From Geosiphon pyriformis uo1 (lineage: Eukaryota; Fungi; Glomeromycota), in contig JAAOMT010000566.1 in the NCBI GenBank assembly GCA_016748015.1, positions 248,001 through 312,000 of the forward strand: a stretch of 64,000 bases of DNA. The letters run 5' to 3'. The position numbers and the translations under genes are program-made. Every line of letters starts with the position of its first letter. The stretch's first letter is position 1. The notes beneath the pieces are model-generated. The model worked only from the letters and a program-made list of their open reading frames with translations. It was not told where the DNA came from and ran no database searches. Shown piece by piece: positions 26,892 to 39,190 of the stretch.

Positions 26892-27729
26892 TAATTGTGA
26901 CCAAGTTTTTTTAATCCCAAATTATTTAAATTAAAGTACCAGATCTTTAAGCTTAGGGTTCTTTCTCTTCCCGACTGAATAATTCGTTTCATTTTATTTT
27001 CTTATTTCTCATTGGAATTTGCTATCTAATCAAAATTTCTAAAAGCTCTAAAAGTCATCTTGAATCCGTATTATCATTAAAGTTTACCGTTTTTTTGTTT
27101 TTTTTTGAAAACTCCCATTTTATTTTATTTTCGTTTTAAAATGAATATGACGTTCAAAAATAGCAAAGAGAAATGCTTTAGGTTTTATCATATGTTCTAC
27201 CAAATCCCTATTTCTAAGCAAAAGTATCCGAGTTAATTCAATGACTTTAAATAAAATACAAATATGTTAAACATATTCAATCGTTCCTAATATTTCAACA
27301 TAATTTCAAATTCCATGAAACCTACAAATATCAAAAATTGAGTTATTTTGATTATAAAGGTCAACTTTCATTTAAAGCTCTTGGGAAGATGTGCTTTATA
27401 TATTTCGTTAAATCTTCAAGTTAAAATTCACAAACGTATTGGAAATTCCATGATATAAGTATTTAATTAGTAAATTTGAAAAGACTTGATAATATTCTCG
27501 ATTTCCTAACTTTATCTAAATGTTAAAATTACCATTTTCGCCAAATATAACTACTTTAACTTCTTAGTTAGAGTTTTTAGCAGAGTTTCTTCAATTTCAG
27601 ATAAAAAATAGCGCTTTATTCTTAATAATTTTATCGTTAAAAGTCTAAATAAATATAAACATATAATATTATTCCGAAAACTTTCAACTTTATCTAAGGA
27701 AACAGTGAAGAGTGAGTTTAATTATTTAA

Positions 27730-28272
27730 CTAGGGTAATTTATCACCAACAAATCCTCCGGTAACTTTACATCTGGATCTAAAACCTTCTGGATCTGGAC
27801 CAACATAGTGGACGGATCCTTCTATAACGCAATTATTTGAATTACCGATAGGAAGTGGGTCTTTACCATTATCAACTATTTTAAAAGAGCCTTCATATTT
27901 TTCCTTTCCTACACCCCTACTTGCGAGAGAGTTGAGGCTTCCACGAATAACACTTTCCGAATTAGCGCCAACATTTTGGTTGAGGTTTATATCTTTGGGC
28001 TTGCCATTACTCCTTGAATTATCAACATTTATGCTTCCGTTTATTAAACCCTTTGAGTTAAGTCCGTTGTTTTTATTGCCAACAAATTTTGTCATGGAGC
28101 TATTAGGATCATTAAAGTTGAGGCTTCCGTTAATGACACCAGAAGAGTTATCGTCGTTATTTTCGTTCCCAGTGATCTCTCTCACTGATTTTACAAGTGG
28201 ACTGGATTTCGAGAGTTCGCAATAAAGAAGGATTGTAAGACAGATATATGCAATCGAAATTAATTTAGTCAT
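27730..28272 (-). CDS. Small predicted secreted protein, 180 aa, Asn/Gly/Ser-rich with internal [VL]IxGS repeats
   Basis: Signal-peptide-like MTKLISIAYICLTILLYCELSKS; intronless ATG-to-stop ORF; a partial paralog lies at 35697-36031. Confidence 0.82.
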   Translation of the reverse strand: MTKLISIAYICLTILLYCELSKSSPLVKSVREITGNENNDDNSSGVINGSLNFNDPNSSMTKFVGNKNNGLNSKGLINGSINVDNSRSNGKPKDINLNQNVGANSESVIRGSLNSLASRGVGKEKYEGSFKIVDNGKDPLPIGNSNNCVIEGSVHYVGPDPEGFRSRCKVTGGFVGDKLP

Positions 28273-30592
28273 GTTTATTTAGCTTTTAGATTTTGTTTTA
28301 AGGGAGAAAGTTTATTTAATATCTATGTAATTGGAGAATTGCTTTTATTGTATACTTTGAATAATTTCTTTACCAGCAGACTCCCTCTCATTTTATAGAA
28401 TTTGCTTTCCATCCTCGTTTATTATTTCTTCAAAAATTTTTTGAAGTTATTAAAAAACAAAGGTTCGTATCATTTACTCATTTAAATTAATAGTATTCAA
28501 TTAAAATATAAAAGGATGAAGAAAAAGACATGATGATTATTATTGATTTTGGCTTAGATATTTAGATCCACAAATTTGAAATGGCATAGAATAAGATTTC
28601 ATTGACTTGAACTTTTTCAAATAAAAATGAATTCAAAGAAAAGCTGGCTCATCTGTAATAATCAAATTTAGGTGACTCAACGAAAAATAATCAAATAGTT
28701 GTATTTCAACGCTCACTTCAAACTTGAGGCTGGATATATTATGAAAAATAAGGGTTTATTTATTATTTTTGCCGCTACTTAAAGAACGTTACCATAAATG
28801 CTATGGCAAACATAATTAAAAGCAAACAATTTAAAACTTAAATATCTAAAAATGAATTTTTAAGCTTATAAAATTTTAGATGTAACTAAATTGTTAATAT
28901 TTAGATGTGTAAGCCAAATTTATCTTTTACTTCAAAGAGTAACTAATTTTATTGTAGCTTTTGAGTTATAATTAAAATTCAAAGTGCTAAATAGCTATAA
29001 AATATACTTAATTATTTATGATGATAAAATTATTTATTATTAAACAACTTTGTGAAAAATTTTTAAGAGAATTAAAGGTCAAAAAATGAAAATTTCAATA
29101 AAAGTCATAAATCCTACCTAAATAGACCTATTTCATTTTGATCTTCTATCGTCAAAGATATTAAAATTTAAAAAGGGATATATAAAGTTTTATTATATCA
29201 AAGCCTTTAAAAAAGTTATCATATGCTTTCATTTTCCAAAAATAAATCAATAAGATATAGAATTTTTTAGTCAATTGTCGCTTTCGTTGATAAGATAAAA
29301 AAAGGGATTCAGATCTTTTTTAATTTCGATTGATGTGGCTAAAAATAGTAATTTTTTATTGCAGGGAATCGAGAAAATTTTTCTTGCCATCATTTCCATA
29401 TTAGATCACATTTGGCTTTTTCAAAGAAAAAGCGGAAAAAGCTGGTGATTTTTTTTAGCCAATTGAACTATAAGTAATTGTGCCTTTTCTCCAATAGAAA
29501 AACAAAGAACTTAATCTATCCATAATGTCAAATAATCATTATTAGGATGACTTTACCAGAAAAAGACGCCTTCGTCACTCGATCGCAAGCCATTAACGTA
29601 ATGGAAAAACAGGATGATAATTAACGTTCATATTTTTGTATGCAAAGTAAAATTAAGCCATCAGCCCCAAAAAAATTTTAGTTTCTAAAACGATAACTTT
29701 TCAATTTCTTTGTTTTATTCACCAAAAAAAGGTTGCCGCAGAAAAATTTTACATGAAATTAGAAAGAGCTTGTATTCCCAAACTTCAAAATGTCGTCCAT
29801 TATTGCGAGGATGTAAGATTTGTCAAAAGTGTTTTTAAGATGTGACTACTGAGCGCAATTTCATTAATGTGTCCTCAATCACATGTTGAAAAATTCGAGA
29901 ATTTTTTTATCGCTGTTGGAAACACTTGGACGTGCTTTTTGCGATAAAAACATGGTGATGGATGACTGTCCATCAATTTTCAATTTTGGAGTAGAAAATT
30001 ATTGAAAAATAATAATGAATCCTTAGACTTCACATATTTTGCCTTTGAATTTACATCTATTGAAAGAAATCAGCCGACAATAAACATTTCTTTTGAAAGC
30101 AAACTTATAATTTTATTGTAAATCCTTTCGAATTTGAATGATGGCAGGACAAATATTCAAATGAAATTTTGAATTTTTTATTTAAATTTTTAACTCTAGG
30201 TTTTTCATTCTCGCAATTTTTACCTATTATATTAAATAAAGTGTGGGAATAGCGCTTCAAAAAAAAATAGTCAAGGACGAATTTCACAAATCACAAAATT
30301 CTAAATGGTCAATTAAATATAGAATATTTAATTTTGGTATTTGCGATTTACTGCAAAAAAGCTAGAATTTCAAACATTAAAAATTCCAACCTTACACTTT
30401 TTTGAGATCTCGTTTTATATTAAAATATCAATTCTTAAAGACATAATGAAGCCCTTAATGGTCACACAAAGCTAAAAATCCCCAACCTAATTACATAAAA
30501 TAGGCCTTAAATAGTTGTTATTAGAAAACTAACCCTCCAATTATGAAGATTCAATTCCAAGATTTTGCTGAGGCAACCATTCTAGATGCAGC

Positions 30593-31391
30593 TTATTGGA
30601 TGTTAATACGAGCAGCAGGCTCGCCGTCGGCTCGTGGGATCTAATTTTCAGGACGAGAATGATTTTTTGAAAACGTCAGATTCAACAATAGTGATTTTAT
30701 TCTCATACCTTCACTTCCAACAAGCCATTATTGTAACCGGCCTTAATGTTCTCCTTATCTAATTTCATATTGCGGGGCAGAAACACGTGCTTCCTGAATT
30801 TACCAATCTTGCGTTCACGGACACGAGAAGTGGCTGCATTATAGGCTTCATCGCCTTTGGACTCTCCAGAAATAACAAGTTCACGATTACGCAAATCGAT
30901 TTTGATGTCTTCCTTGGGAACACCCTACAAAAATTACGACAGAATAGGTGATTGAGACTAAAAACTTCGTTTACGAAGGAAATGCCTTTGAATGCTCACA
31001 GGAAGGTCAACATGAATGATGAAAGCATCATCAGTAGTGAGAACATCTGTCGCGGGCCTAAAAAAATTGAGCAACATGTGAAATCAAATACAAGTATGAC
31101 AAATCGAAAATTTTCGAAATAAGCACGCTACCTCCACACTGTATCCCCTTCCCTTTCTGTCATGACCTTAGAGACAGCATGGCGTGGGATTCGATCTTGA
31201 ATGGGGCGACTTCCCCCTCTTCCGCCTCGGGCATTGCCACCTTGAGTGTCTCTACGATCATCCCCCGTGTTACGATCATCAAAAGAGGTACGACCTCCAA
31301 AATCACCACCCCAAAACCAGGGGATGTCAAAATCAAGGTCATATAAAGGGTCGTAGTAGTCAAAGAGTGAAGGTTCGTTGTAAAAAGTCAT
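30593..31391 (-). CDS. Small heat-shock protein (HSP20/alpha-crystallin), 193 aa; exons 31391-31132, 31057-31000, 30924-30709, 30640-30593
   Basis: WRPATDV..FIIHVDLPGVPKEDIKIDL..LVISGE..RERKIGKFRKHVFLP..IKAGYNNGLLEVKIP..RINIQ (IxI motif). Confidence 0.94.
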
Positions 31392-33021
31392 TTTAAAACC
31401 GTAAAAAGAATTTCTTGAGTTGGTGAGAGTAGATTGGGGAAAAATGAAGAGGAAAATTGGGGAAGAAAGTTACCTTTTTTAAATAGCTTCTACTTTTTGA
31501 TGTCACAATTTAGATATTATAATTCTTATGTCATACTGGCGTTTTGTTTCGAAATTTATCATCCAAAAGTCATCAATTTATCATTCAAATGTGAATCAAT
31601 TCATTTCCAAAAAAATAAGCCCGTGAGAATGAATATAAACATTAGGTTTTACATGCTTCTGAAAGATAATCATTTTGGTCTTGATTTCAGAGTCATGAGC
31701 TTGAATTACTAGTTGGATTGATATCGTCTTGAGAAACTGATTCTGAACCAAAGAACTTGCTGTATGAATATCACAAGGAACAAAGGCTCGCGTGGTCACT
31801 ATTCACTAGTCTAAGTAAAATAGTTTACAAGCGTTATTACCAATCTATTGATGGAATATGCTCCATTGTATGATCGAGTAAATTGCCAAAAATAGCAAGT
31901 CAATTGTGAATAAATAAAAAATCTTAATTCAGAAAATTTAATGAGTAAGTTACCTATTGACTGTATCAAAGCTCTTGAAAACGCAATAGCACGAATTTTT
32001 AACAATGATAGATGTTTTAACGACAATAATTAATACTTTTTTTAGATAAGAAAAATTTTGATTTTGATGTAACAACAGCTTATTGCAGATATGTATGCTA
32101 AATTAGGCATTATTGTAGAATAATTTTAATTGGCTCAGATTGGTAATCATGTATAACTCATATTTATTATAAAATCTATACATGTCATATATAAGTGTTT
32201 GGATTATATTTTATTATTTAAAAATAGTATTATTTATATTAAGGTAAATTAATTAAATTTAAAAACCAAATAAATGTTAATTTCAACTTTGAATAATTTT
32301 ATCTTTGCTGTTGTTTTGTTTGTAACTTTTTAATAATTTAATATTTATTATATAAAATAATTGGTGTAACAAAATTAAAAATAAAATCTAATGCTTTTTG
32401 TTTTCATGTATTTTTACTTATTTTAATTTAATCTTTTATTTTTTTTGGTTTTTTAAGTAGTTTTAACCAAATTTTTATTTTTAAAATTACTAATAATTAT
32501 TTTTAAATAATAATAATAATAGGTTTAATAGTATCATAATTGGACTTGTAATTAGAAATAACAAATAAGTTATTAATTATTAATTTTTTTCAATTTTATT
32601 AGCACAAAAACAATTGTTATTAATAAACACATCCAAAATTAAAACAATATTTTATTTGTTTTTTTGCATTAAAAGTAACAATTATTAATTTGCTAATTAA
32701 GTTTACATTTATTTATTTTAAAAATTCAAAAAATAATTAATAAATAAAATATTAATCTTTTTTTTTAATAGTTTTATAAACAAGATATAATTTGTATATT
32801 TACAAATACTTATTTTAAAATTTATGTTTTTAATGCTTAATAAAATATGGTCTATAACAATATTTGAATGTTCTTTGTTGTAAATATTATAATTAATTTC
32901 TGCTGAAATAAATTTGTGTAAATAAAAAGCTATATAATTAAAAAAAATTGCACCCAAAGCATAATTTGGAATATTTGTTCAGTAAATTTTTAATAAAACA
33001 TAAAACATCTTTGAAATTTTT

Positions 33022-33250
33022 TGTGCCAAATGCTAACAAAAGTTCGAAAGCAGAAACATATTAGATGAGCCAAATTTTATCTTAATAATAACTGGAAAAG
33101 AAACTTATTTTCTGATGAAACAATATTTAAACTGTTCCCAAACACAATTGAAAATATATAAAAAGGAAAATAGCCAGTTTGTCCAAAGACCAAAATATTA
33201 TACAAAATTTCTGCATAGAATGGTTTTTGTATAAAGAGGAAACTAGCTCG
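33022..33250 (+). mobile_element. Tc1/mariner (IS630-like) transposase remnant
   Basis: Reads MLTKVRKQKHIR*AKFYLNNNWKRNLFSDET, resembling the Tc1 pattern R..WA....W....FSDE; lies next to an AT-eroded tract (32050-33000). Confidence 0.62.
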
Positions 33251-33761
33251 ACATATTCTGAATGGTAAGTTTTATGTTGAAATACCTCTAACAAGGTAAC
33301 AATTCCAATTATAAAAGTCGAGTAACAAAGGAAAAATGTACCCGATTTTATTGACTGGCCGTCCTGATTCCGGATCTAAATCATATTGGGTAATCGTTAA
33401 ATGCGAAGTAGAAAAACTAATAGCGCAAAATATAGATTACTGGAATGATATATGGATTTTTTGCCAAAAACTATGGTCATCAATTTAATAAATTCAATGT
33501 CGCGGCGTTTCGAGTTGAGTATCGAGAAGAATTGAGTATTAAAATTTTATATCAATAAAATATTATCCGTGTGAAACTTCGTGGAAGTGTAATCAATTTC
33601 TAAAGTTAATTGTTTTATCACACACTATATATAAAATTTTATCTTCTTTATTTCATTCAAATCTATTATCGCCGAAGCAAGGGCAATTTAAATGGTTGAA
33701 AGAATTTCACAAGTTATAGAAAGTATTAAAAATTTAATAATCTCTTCATCCAATAATTGTG

Positions 33762-34344
33762 CTATTCATCTTTCACCTCTTTATTGTCATGGAGAATTTT
33801 AACTGATTCACGTTGAAGTTCTTTAATTTCTGCAAAATCCTCACGTTCGGCTTTGATCTAATTTATAAAGTGCATGGATTAATAAGGGTATATGTCTACC
33901 AAACCAGGCAGCAAACCTACGATAGCTTCGCTATCTGAAGCCAACTCTTGGTTCCATCCAGGTGCCGATTTAATCACTGGTTTTACTTGCCCTGTAAAAC
34001 AAATCAATTGATTGTTCAAAATAAACCAAAACCTTATACCTTATACCTTAGACAAAATGTGAATCCATCTGATACCTTTGAGGACCTTATTTTTCTCTTT
34101 CTCAATAATATTAGGGTCATTATCTGATACATGGCTTTGGACAAAAAGGTACTATTATATTTGGCGATGGTAGAATATCAGACCAAATATTGTGACTCTC
34201 AGCAAACCTTCCAAAAGAATAATATCTTAAAAATAGATTGGTTATTGTGGGACTTGGTGACAGCACCACTTGACCCTGAATAAAAGGTCTTGAGCATATT
34301 TTAATGGAAGCTCTGAAGGAGTTGAAGCTAGTGAATTGTTTCAT
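33762..34344 (-). CDS. Small conserved fungal protein of unknown function with a mitochondrial-presequence-like N-terminus, 120 aa; exons 34344-34208, 34134-34076, 33991-33921, 33857-33762
   Basis: Spliced product includes SHVSDNDPNIIEKEKNKVLKGQVKPVIKSAPGWNQELASDSEAIIKAERE..ELQRES; all three GT-AG introns keep the frame. Confidence 0.85.
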
Positions 34345-35478
34345 TAGAAAAATTGGTTCCAAAGTACACAAATTTTCAGAGCTCTATTTATGAAATAGAA
34401 ATTGATTGATGGACAAAAGAATCATTGAATGATATAACTCGATATATTCATAAACTAATCTGCTTGTTTATGTCATAATCTAATGATTCTAAGCTGTTGC
34501 TAATTTGTATATAAAATGAATATGACGTTCAAAAATAGCAAAGAGAAATGCTTTAGGTTTTATAATATGTTCTATCAAATCCCTATTTCTAAGCAAAAGC
34601 ATCCGAGTTAATTCAATGACTTTAAATAAAATACAAATATGTTAAACATATTCAATCGTTCCTAATATTTCAACATAATTTCAAATTCCATGAAATCTAC
34701 AAATATCAAAAATTGAGTTATTTTGATTATAAAGGTCAACTTTCATTTAAAGCTCTTGCGAAGATGTGCTTTATATATTTCGTTAAATCATCAAGTTAAA
34801 ATTCACAAACGTATTGGAAATTCCATGATATAAGTATTTAATTAGTAAATTTGAAAAGACTTGATAATATTCTCGATTTCCTAACTNNNNNNNNNNNNNN
34901 NNNNNNGAAGGAGTTGAAGCTAGTGAATTGTTTCATTAGAAAAATTGGTTCCAAAGTACACAAATTTTCAGAGCTCTATTTATGAAATAGAAATTGATTG
35001 ATGGACAAAAGAATCATTGAATGATATAACTCGATATATTCATAAACTAATCTGCTTGTTTATGTCATAATCTAATGATTCTAAGCTGTTGCTAATTTGT
35101 ATATAAAATGAATATGACGTTCAAAAATAGCAAAGAGAAATGCTTTAGGTTTTATAATATGTTCTATCAAATCCCTATTTCTAAGCAAAAGCATCCGAGT
35201 TAATTCAATGACTTTAAATAAAATACAAATATGTTAAACATATTCAATCGTTCCTAATATTTCAACATAATTTCAAATTCCATGAAATCTACAAATATCA
35301 AAAATTGAGTTATTTTGATTATAAAGGTCAACTTTCATTTAAAGCTCTTGCGAAGATGTGCTTTATATATTTCGTTAAATCATCAAGTTAAAATTCACAA
35401 ACGTATTGGAAATTCCATGATATAAGTATTTAATTAGTAAATTTGAAAAGACTTGATAATATTCTCGATTTCCTAACT
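34315..35478. other. Exact 572-bp duplication (34315-34886 = 34907-35478) flanking a 20-N gap; likely assembly artefact
   Basis: Identical copies abut both sides of the N run at 34887-34906. Confidence 0.88.
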
Positions 35479-36031
35479 TTATCTAAATGTTAAAATTACC
35501 ATTTTCGCCAAATATAACTACTTTAACTTCTTAGTTAGAGTTTTTAGCAGAGTTTCTTCAATTTCAGATAAAAAATAGCGCTTTATTATTAATAATTTTA
35601 TCGTTAAAAGTCTAAATAAATATAAACATATAATATTATTCCGAAAACTTTCAACTTTATCTAAGGAAACAGTGAAGAGTGAGTTTAATTATTTAACTAG
35701 GGTAATTTATCACCAACAAATCCTCCGGTAACTTTACATCTGGATCTAAAACCTTCTGGATCTGGACCAACATAGTGGACGGATCCTTCTGTAACGCAGT
35801 TATTTGAATTACCGATAGGAAGTGGGTCTTTACCATTATCAACTATTTTAAAAGAGCCTTCATATTTTTCCTTTCCTACACCCCTACTCGCGAGAGAGTT
35901 GAGGCTTCCACGAATAACACTTTTCGAATTAGCGCCAACACCTTGGTTGAGGTTTATATCTTTGGGCTTGCCATTACTCCTTGAATTATCAACATTTATG
36001 CTTCCGTTTATTACACCCTTTGAGTTAAGTC
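35104..36031 (-). pseudogene. 928-bp direct duplicate of 27137-28064 carrying the 3' part of the secreted-protein gene; promoter and signal peptide absent
   Basis: About 98% identical; the breakpoint at 36031/36032 leads into unrelated repeat DNA. Confidence 0.88.
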
Positions 36032-36057
36032 GGAAGTTTATATACTCTCGAAAAGAG

Positions 36058-36130
36058 ATCAATGATCAAGTCAGTGATCAGGTTAATAATCAAAGCAATG
36101 ACCAAGTCAATGACCAAATCAACGATTACT
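36058..36130 (+). repeat. Degenerate 12-bp tandem repeat (consensus AATGAYCAAGTC), about 6 copies
   Basis: aatgatcaagtc agtgatcaggtt aataatcaaagc aatgaccaagtc aatgaccaaatc aacgattac. Confidence 0.8.
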
Positions 36131-36728
36131 TTTAACAATAGAGTGGCTATCTAATAACATTAGTGGCTAATACATGTGACTAACTATGACTAAGTAAATA
36201 AATAAAAACTAAAAAGTAAAAGTTTTAACCATAACAATATCTTTTTTCTTAAAATTTTATTTGTAATAACAATAATAATTAGTAAAAAATAGATAAAATA
36301 TTCTTGTATATAGAAATCTTTTCGAAAAGATGACAAAAAACAAATATTTTCATAAATAAACTGTAAATATCTTTTATTTAAAATCACATTTTTGTATTAA
36401 TTCAACTTAATTTGTAGATTAGATAAAGATAATTTATTATTATTAAATACTAAAAAAATAAAATAGACTATTATATATATCAAAAATTATGGTTTATTAT
36501 ATACTTTTTGTTTATATACAGCTATATAATAAATATTTGATAATAACATTTGGTAAATAAATAAAATTTCATTTTTTTTATTTTTTTTAAAATTAAAAAA
36601 TTCTTATAGTGCCTATTTATTTTAAAATAAAAATATTGTTGCCAAAACAGTAAAATAAACACGTTTCATATCTCAAACAAAACTTATAAATAGAAAAACT
36701 CAATTTTATTATTCAAACAGTATTGTTT

Positions 36729-36849
36729 TTTTATTATTATTATTATGTTTAACGAGTATGGCCCAACCACTATCTAGGAGTTAGGAACAAACTAAGTGTT
36801 CCAGTGCTAAATGTAGTTCACGCGTTTTCTACATGTAATCAGCTACTCG
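36729..36849 (-). mobile_element. SINE-like or extremely 5'-truncated retro-insertion made only of the LINE 3' terminal element plus an (AAT)n/A tail
   Basis: Reverse complement about 90% identical to 48460-48567; flanked by the direct repeat AGTATTGTTT at 36719-36728 and 36850-36859. Confidence 0.85.
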
Positions 36850-36859
36850 AGTATTGTTT

Positions 36860-39057
36860 AATATATCAAATAAAAATACAAATAAGATTTTTACTAATTG
36901 TAATTATTATAGTTTGTTTTACTATGTTTACAATTTATATCATTTGCAAGTAAATTTTAAAAGCAAAAAATTTCAAAGTTAAATAATAAACCACAATAAT
37001 TAAAAACAAGTTTGCTTTTAATCTGATAAAAATATTTTATTTTAATTTAATTGTAAAAAAAACATTAAAACAGAAACTTAATTACTAAACAAAATTGTAC
37101 AAAAAAAAATGGAAATTAATTTGCAAATATTTTAAGTACTATACATAAAAAATAAAATTTATATTTATATATTTTTAACTTAACTTTGTTTTTTTTAAAG
37201 ACTTTATTTATGTAAGAATTAAAGATAAAAACTTTATATTAAGAACTTTACAGAGTTTAATCTTTTTATTTTACAAAAAAACTTGGTTTTTATTTTTTAA
37301 AACTTAAATTCTATTCAAAAAACTTATTTGTTGTAACAAAAACTTTAATTTATTAAAAATAAAAATACTATAAATAATTAAACTCAAAATTTACTTCTTT
37401 AAAAAAGTATATTGTTTGTTTATTTAATGATAATAAAAGTTCTGCTGTTAAATAAATTTTTTGAAATAAGACAAAATAATTGAAAACTGTTAAAAAAATT
37501 GCAAAAAATAGAATTTATGAATTTTAAAAGATTTAAATAAAAAATATCATTAGAAATTTTATTGTTTTTTAACTAACTGAATTTCTAAAATATTAATTTT
37601 ACAGCAAGTAAGAATAATATAAATATTTTTTTATAAAAATTATTTTTAAATAGTTATTTTTTTAATAATTAAAAAACTTATTATATATACTTATTAATAA
37701 TAATATTATCTTTAATTATTAAACTGTTTATTTTAATCTGTTCTATGTTTTTTTATAGATTAGTTTTTATTAATAATTTAAATACATGTATTTGTTTTGT
37801 GAAAAAGATTTTATAAATCTAAATTTTTTGACTTTTGCTAATTTTGATTTTTTAAAAATATATGTAACTTTTCTTTGTTAATAAAATAAATAAAATTGAA
37901 ATAAAAATTATTATAAAATTATTTTTAAAACAATAAAATACTATAATTTTAAATTTATTTTTATCTTTTTTATTGCATGTATAATACTAAACTTTATCTT
38001 TTTAATTAATTTTAATAGAATCTTTTAAAATATTAAAAAAAATTATTTTCTATGTATTAAAAAAGTTTTTTTTAAAAAAATCAAATTTTTAATATATTTT
38101 TATTATTATTAATAACAAAAACAAATTTTTAAAATTTTAAAAATAATTTTTAAAGCAAATTAAACTTTCAAGAAAAAATTTTTTATTCTATAAAATAAGA
38201 ATACTAAATTTTTATAAATTAAACAAATATTTTTCAAAAAAAGTTTAAAGTATATATAATTATTTTTAATTTTGAATTATATTTACATATTAAAATAAAA
38301 TTGTAAAAAAGTAATATTATTAAATTATAAATATACAAAAAACAATTTTATATAAAGATGTAAATATAAATTTTTTCAAAATAAATGTTTTTAATAAAAT
38401 TATATATTTATTAAAATTAAAATTACATAAAAAAATATTTATTAATTTATTATAAATTAATACCATTAATATATAATAATAAAAATATTATTTAATATAT
38501 TTTATAAGATTAATATAAATACAAATCAAAAAAAATTTGAAAATTAATCTTATTAATAAATTATTGTTAAATTTAATTAATAGTTTAATAATCAAGTTAA
38601 TAATTATATTAATAATTAATTTAAAAAATAAGATAGTTAATATAAATAATATTAATAATTTATAAATTAAAAACTAAAAGATTTAATTATAATACTGTTT
38701 TACAAAAAAGCTTTTAAAATATTTATAATAAAATAGTTTTAAAAAAAGTATTTAAAAATATTTGGTATATTATTTTAATAATTTATTTTAAAATAATTTT
38801 AATTAATTATATAAAAAAAAACATAAATTATATTTACTATAAAAACTTTTGGTTTTATTTTTTAAATAATAATTAATATTTTTTTTATTCTTAAGCTTTA
38901 ATTTTGTAATTAATTATAAACTTTAAACACAACAAAAAAAGCTAAATATACTTTTAAAATGTTTTAAATATCAATTTAAAAAAGAAAAAAATAGTTAAAT
39001 TAGATTAATATAAGTATTTTTACTTATTTATATAAATATAATAAAAATAAATAAAAT
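36860..39057. other. Extremely AT-rich eroded tract
   Basis: G/C nearly absent over 2.2 kb; target of the adjacent retro-insertions. Confidence 0.6.
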
Positions 39058-39190
39058 ATAATTTTTAACTTTTCTTTTTTTCGTTGATCCCCTGGTCACA
39101 ACGAGAGCTTTGAATCGTCATTGAAATAGCCTTCCTTTTCCCTTTCCTCTTCACCTTTCTCCAGTTATTTCTTTAGACATTCCCCTTTTT

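Noticed and set aside
31450-31800. Heat-shock elements upstream of HSP20
   Set aside because: Only scattered GAA/TTC triplets with no correctly spaced nGAAn array.
34315-35478. Apparent tandem duplication giving a third copy of the 27137 region
   Set aside because: Identical copies directly flank a 20-N gap, typical of unmerged overlapping contig ends.
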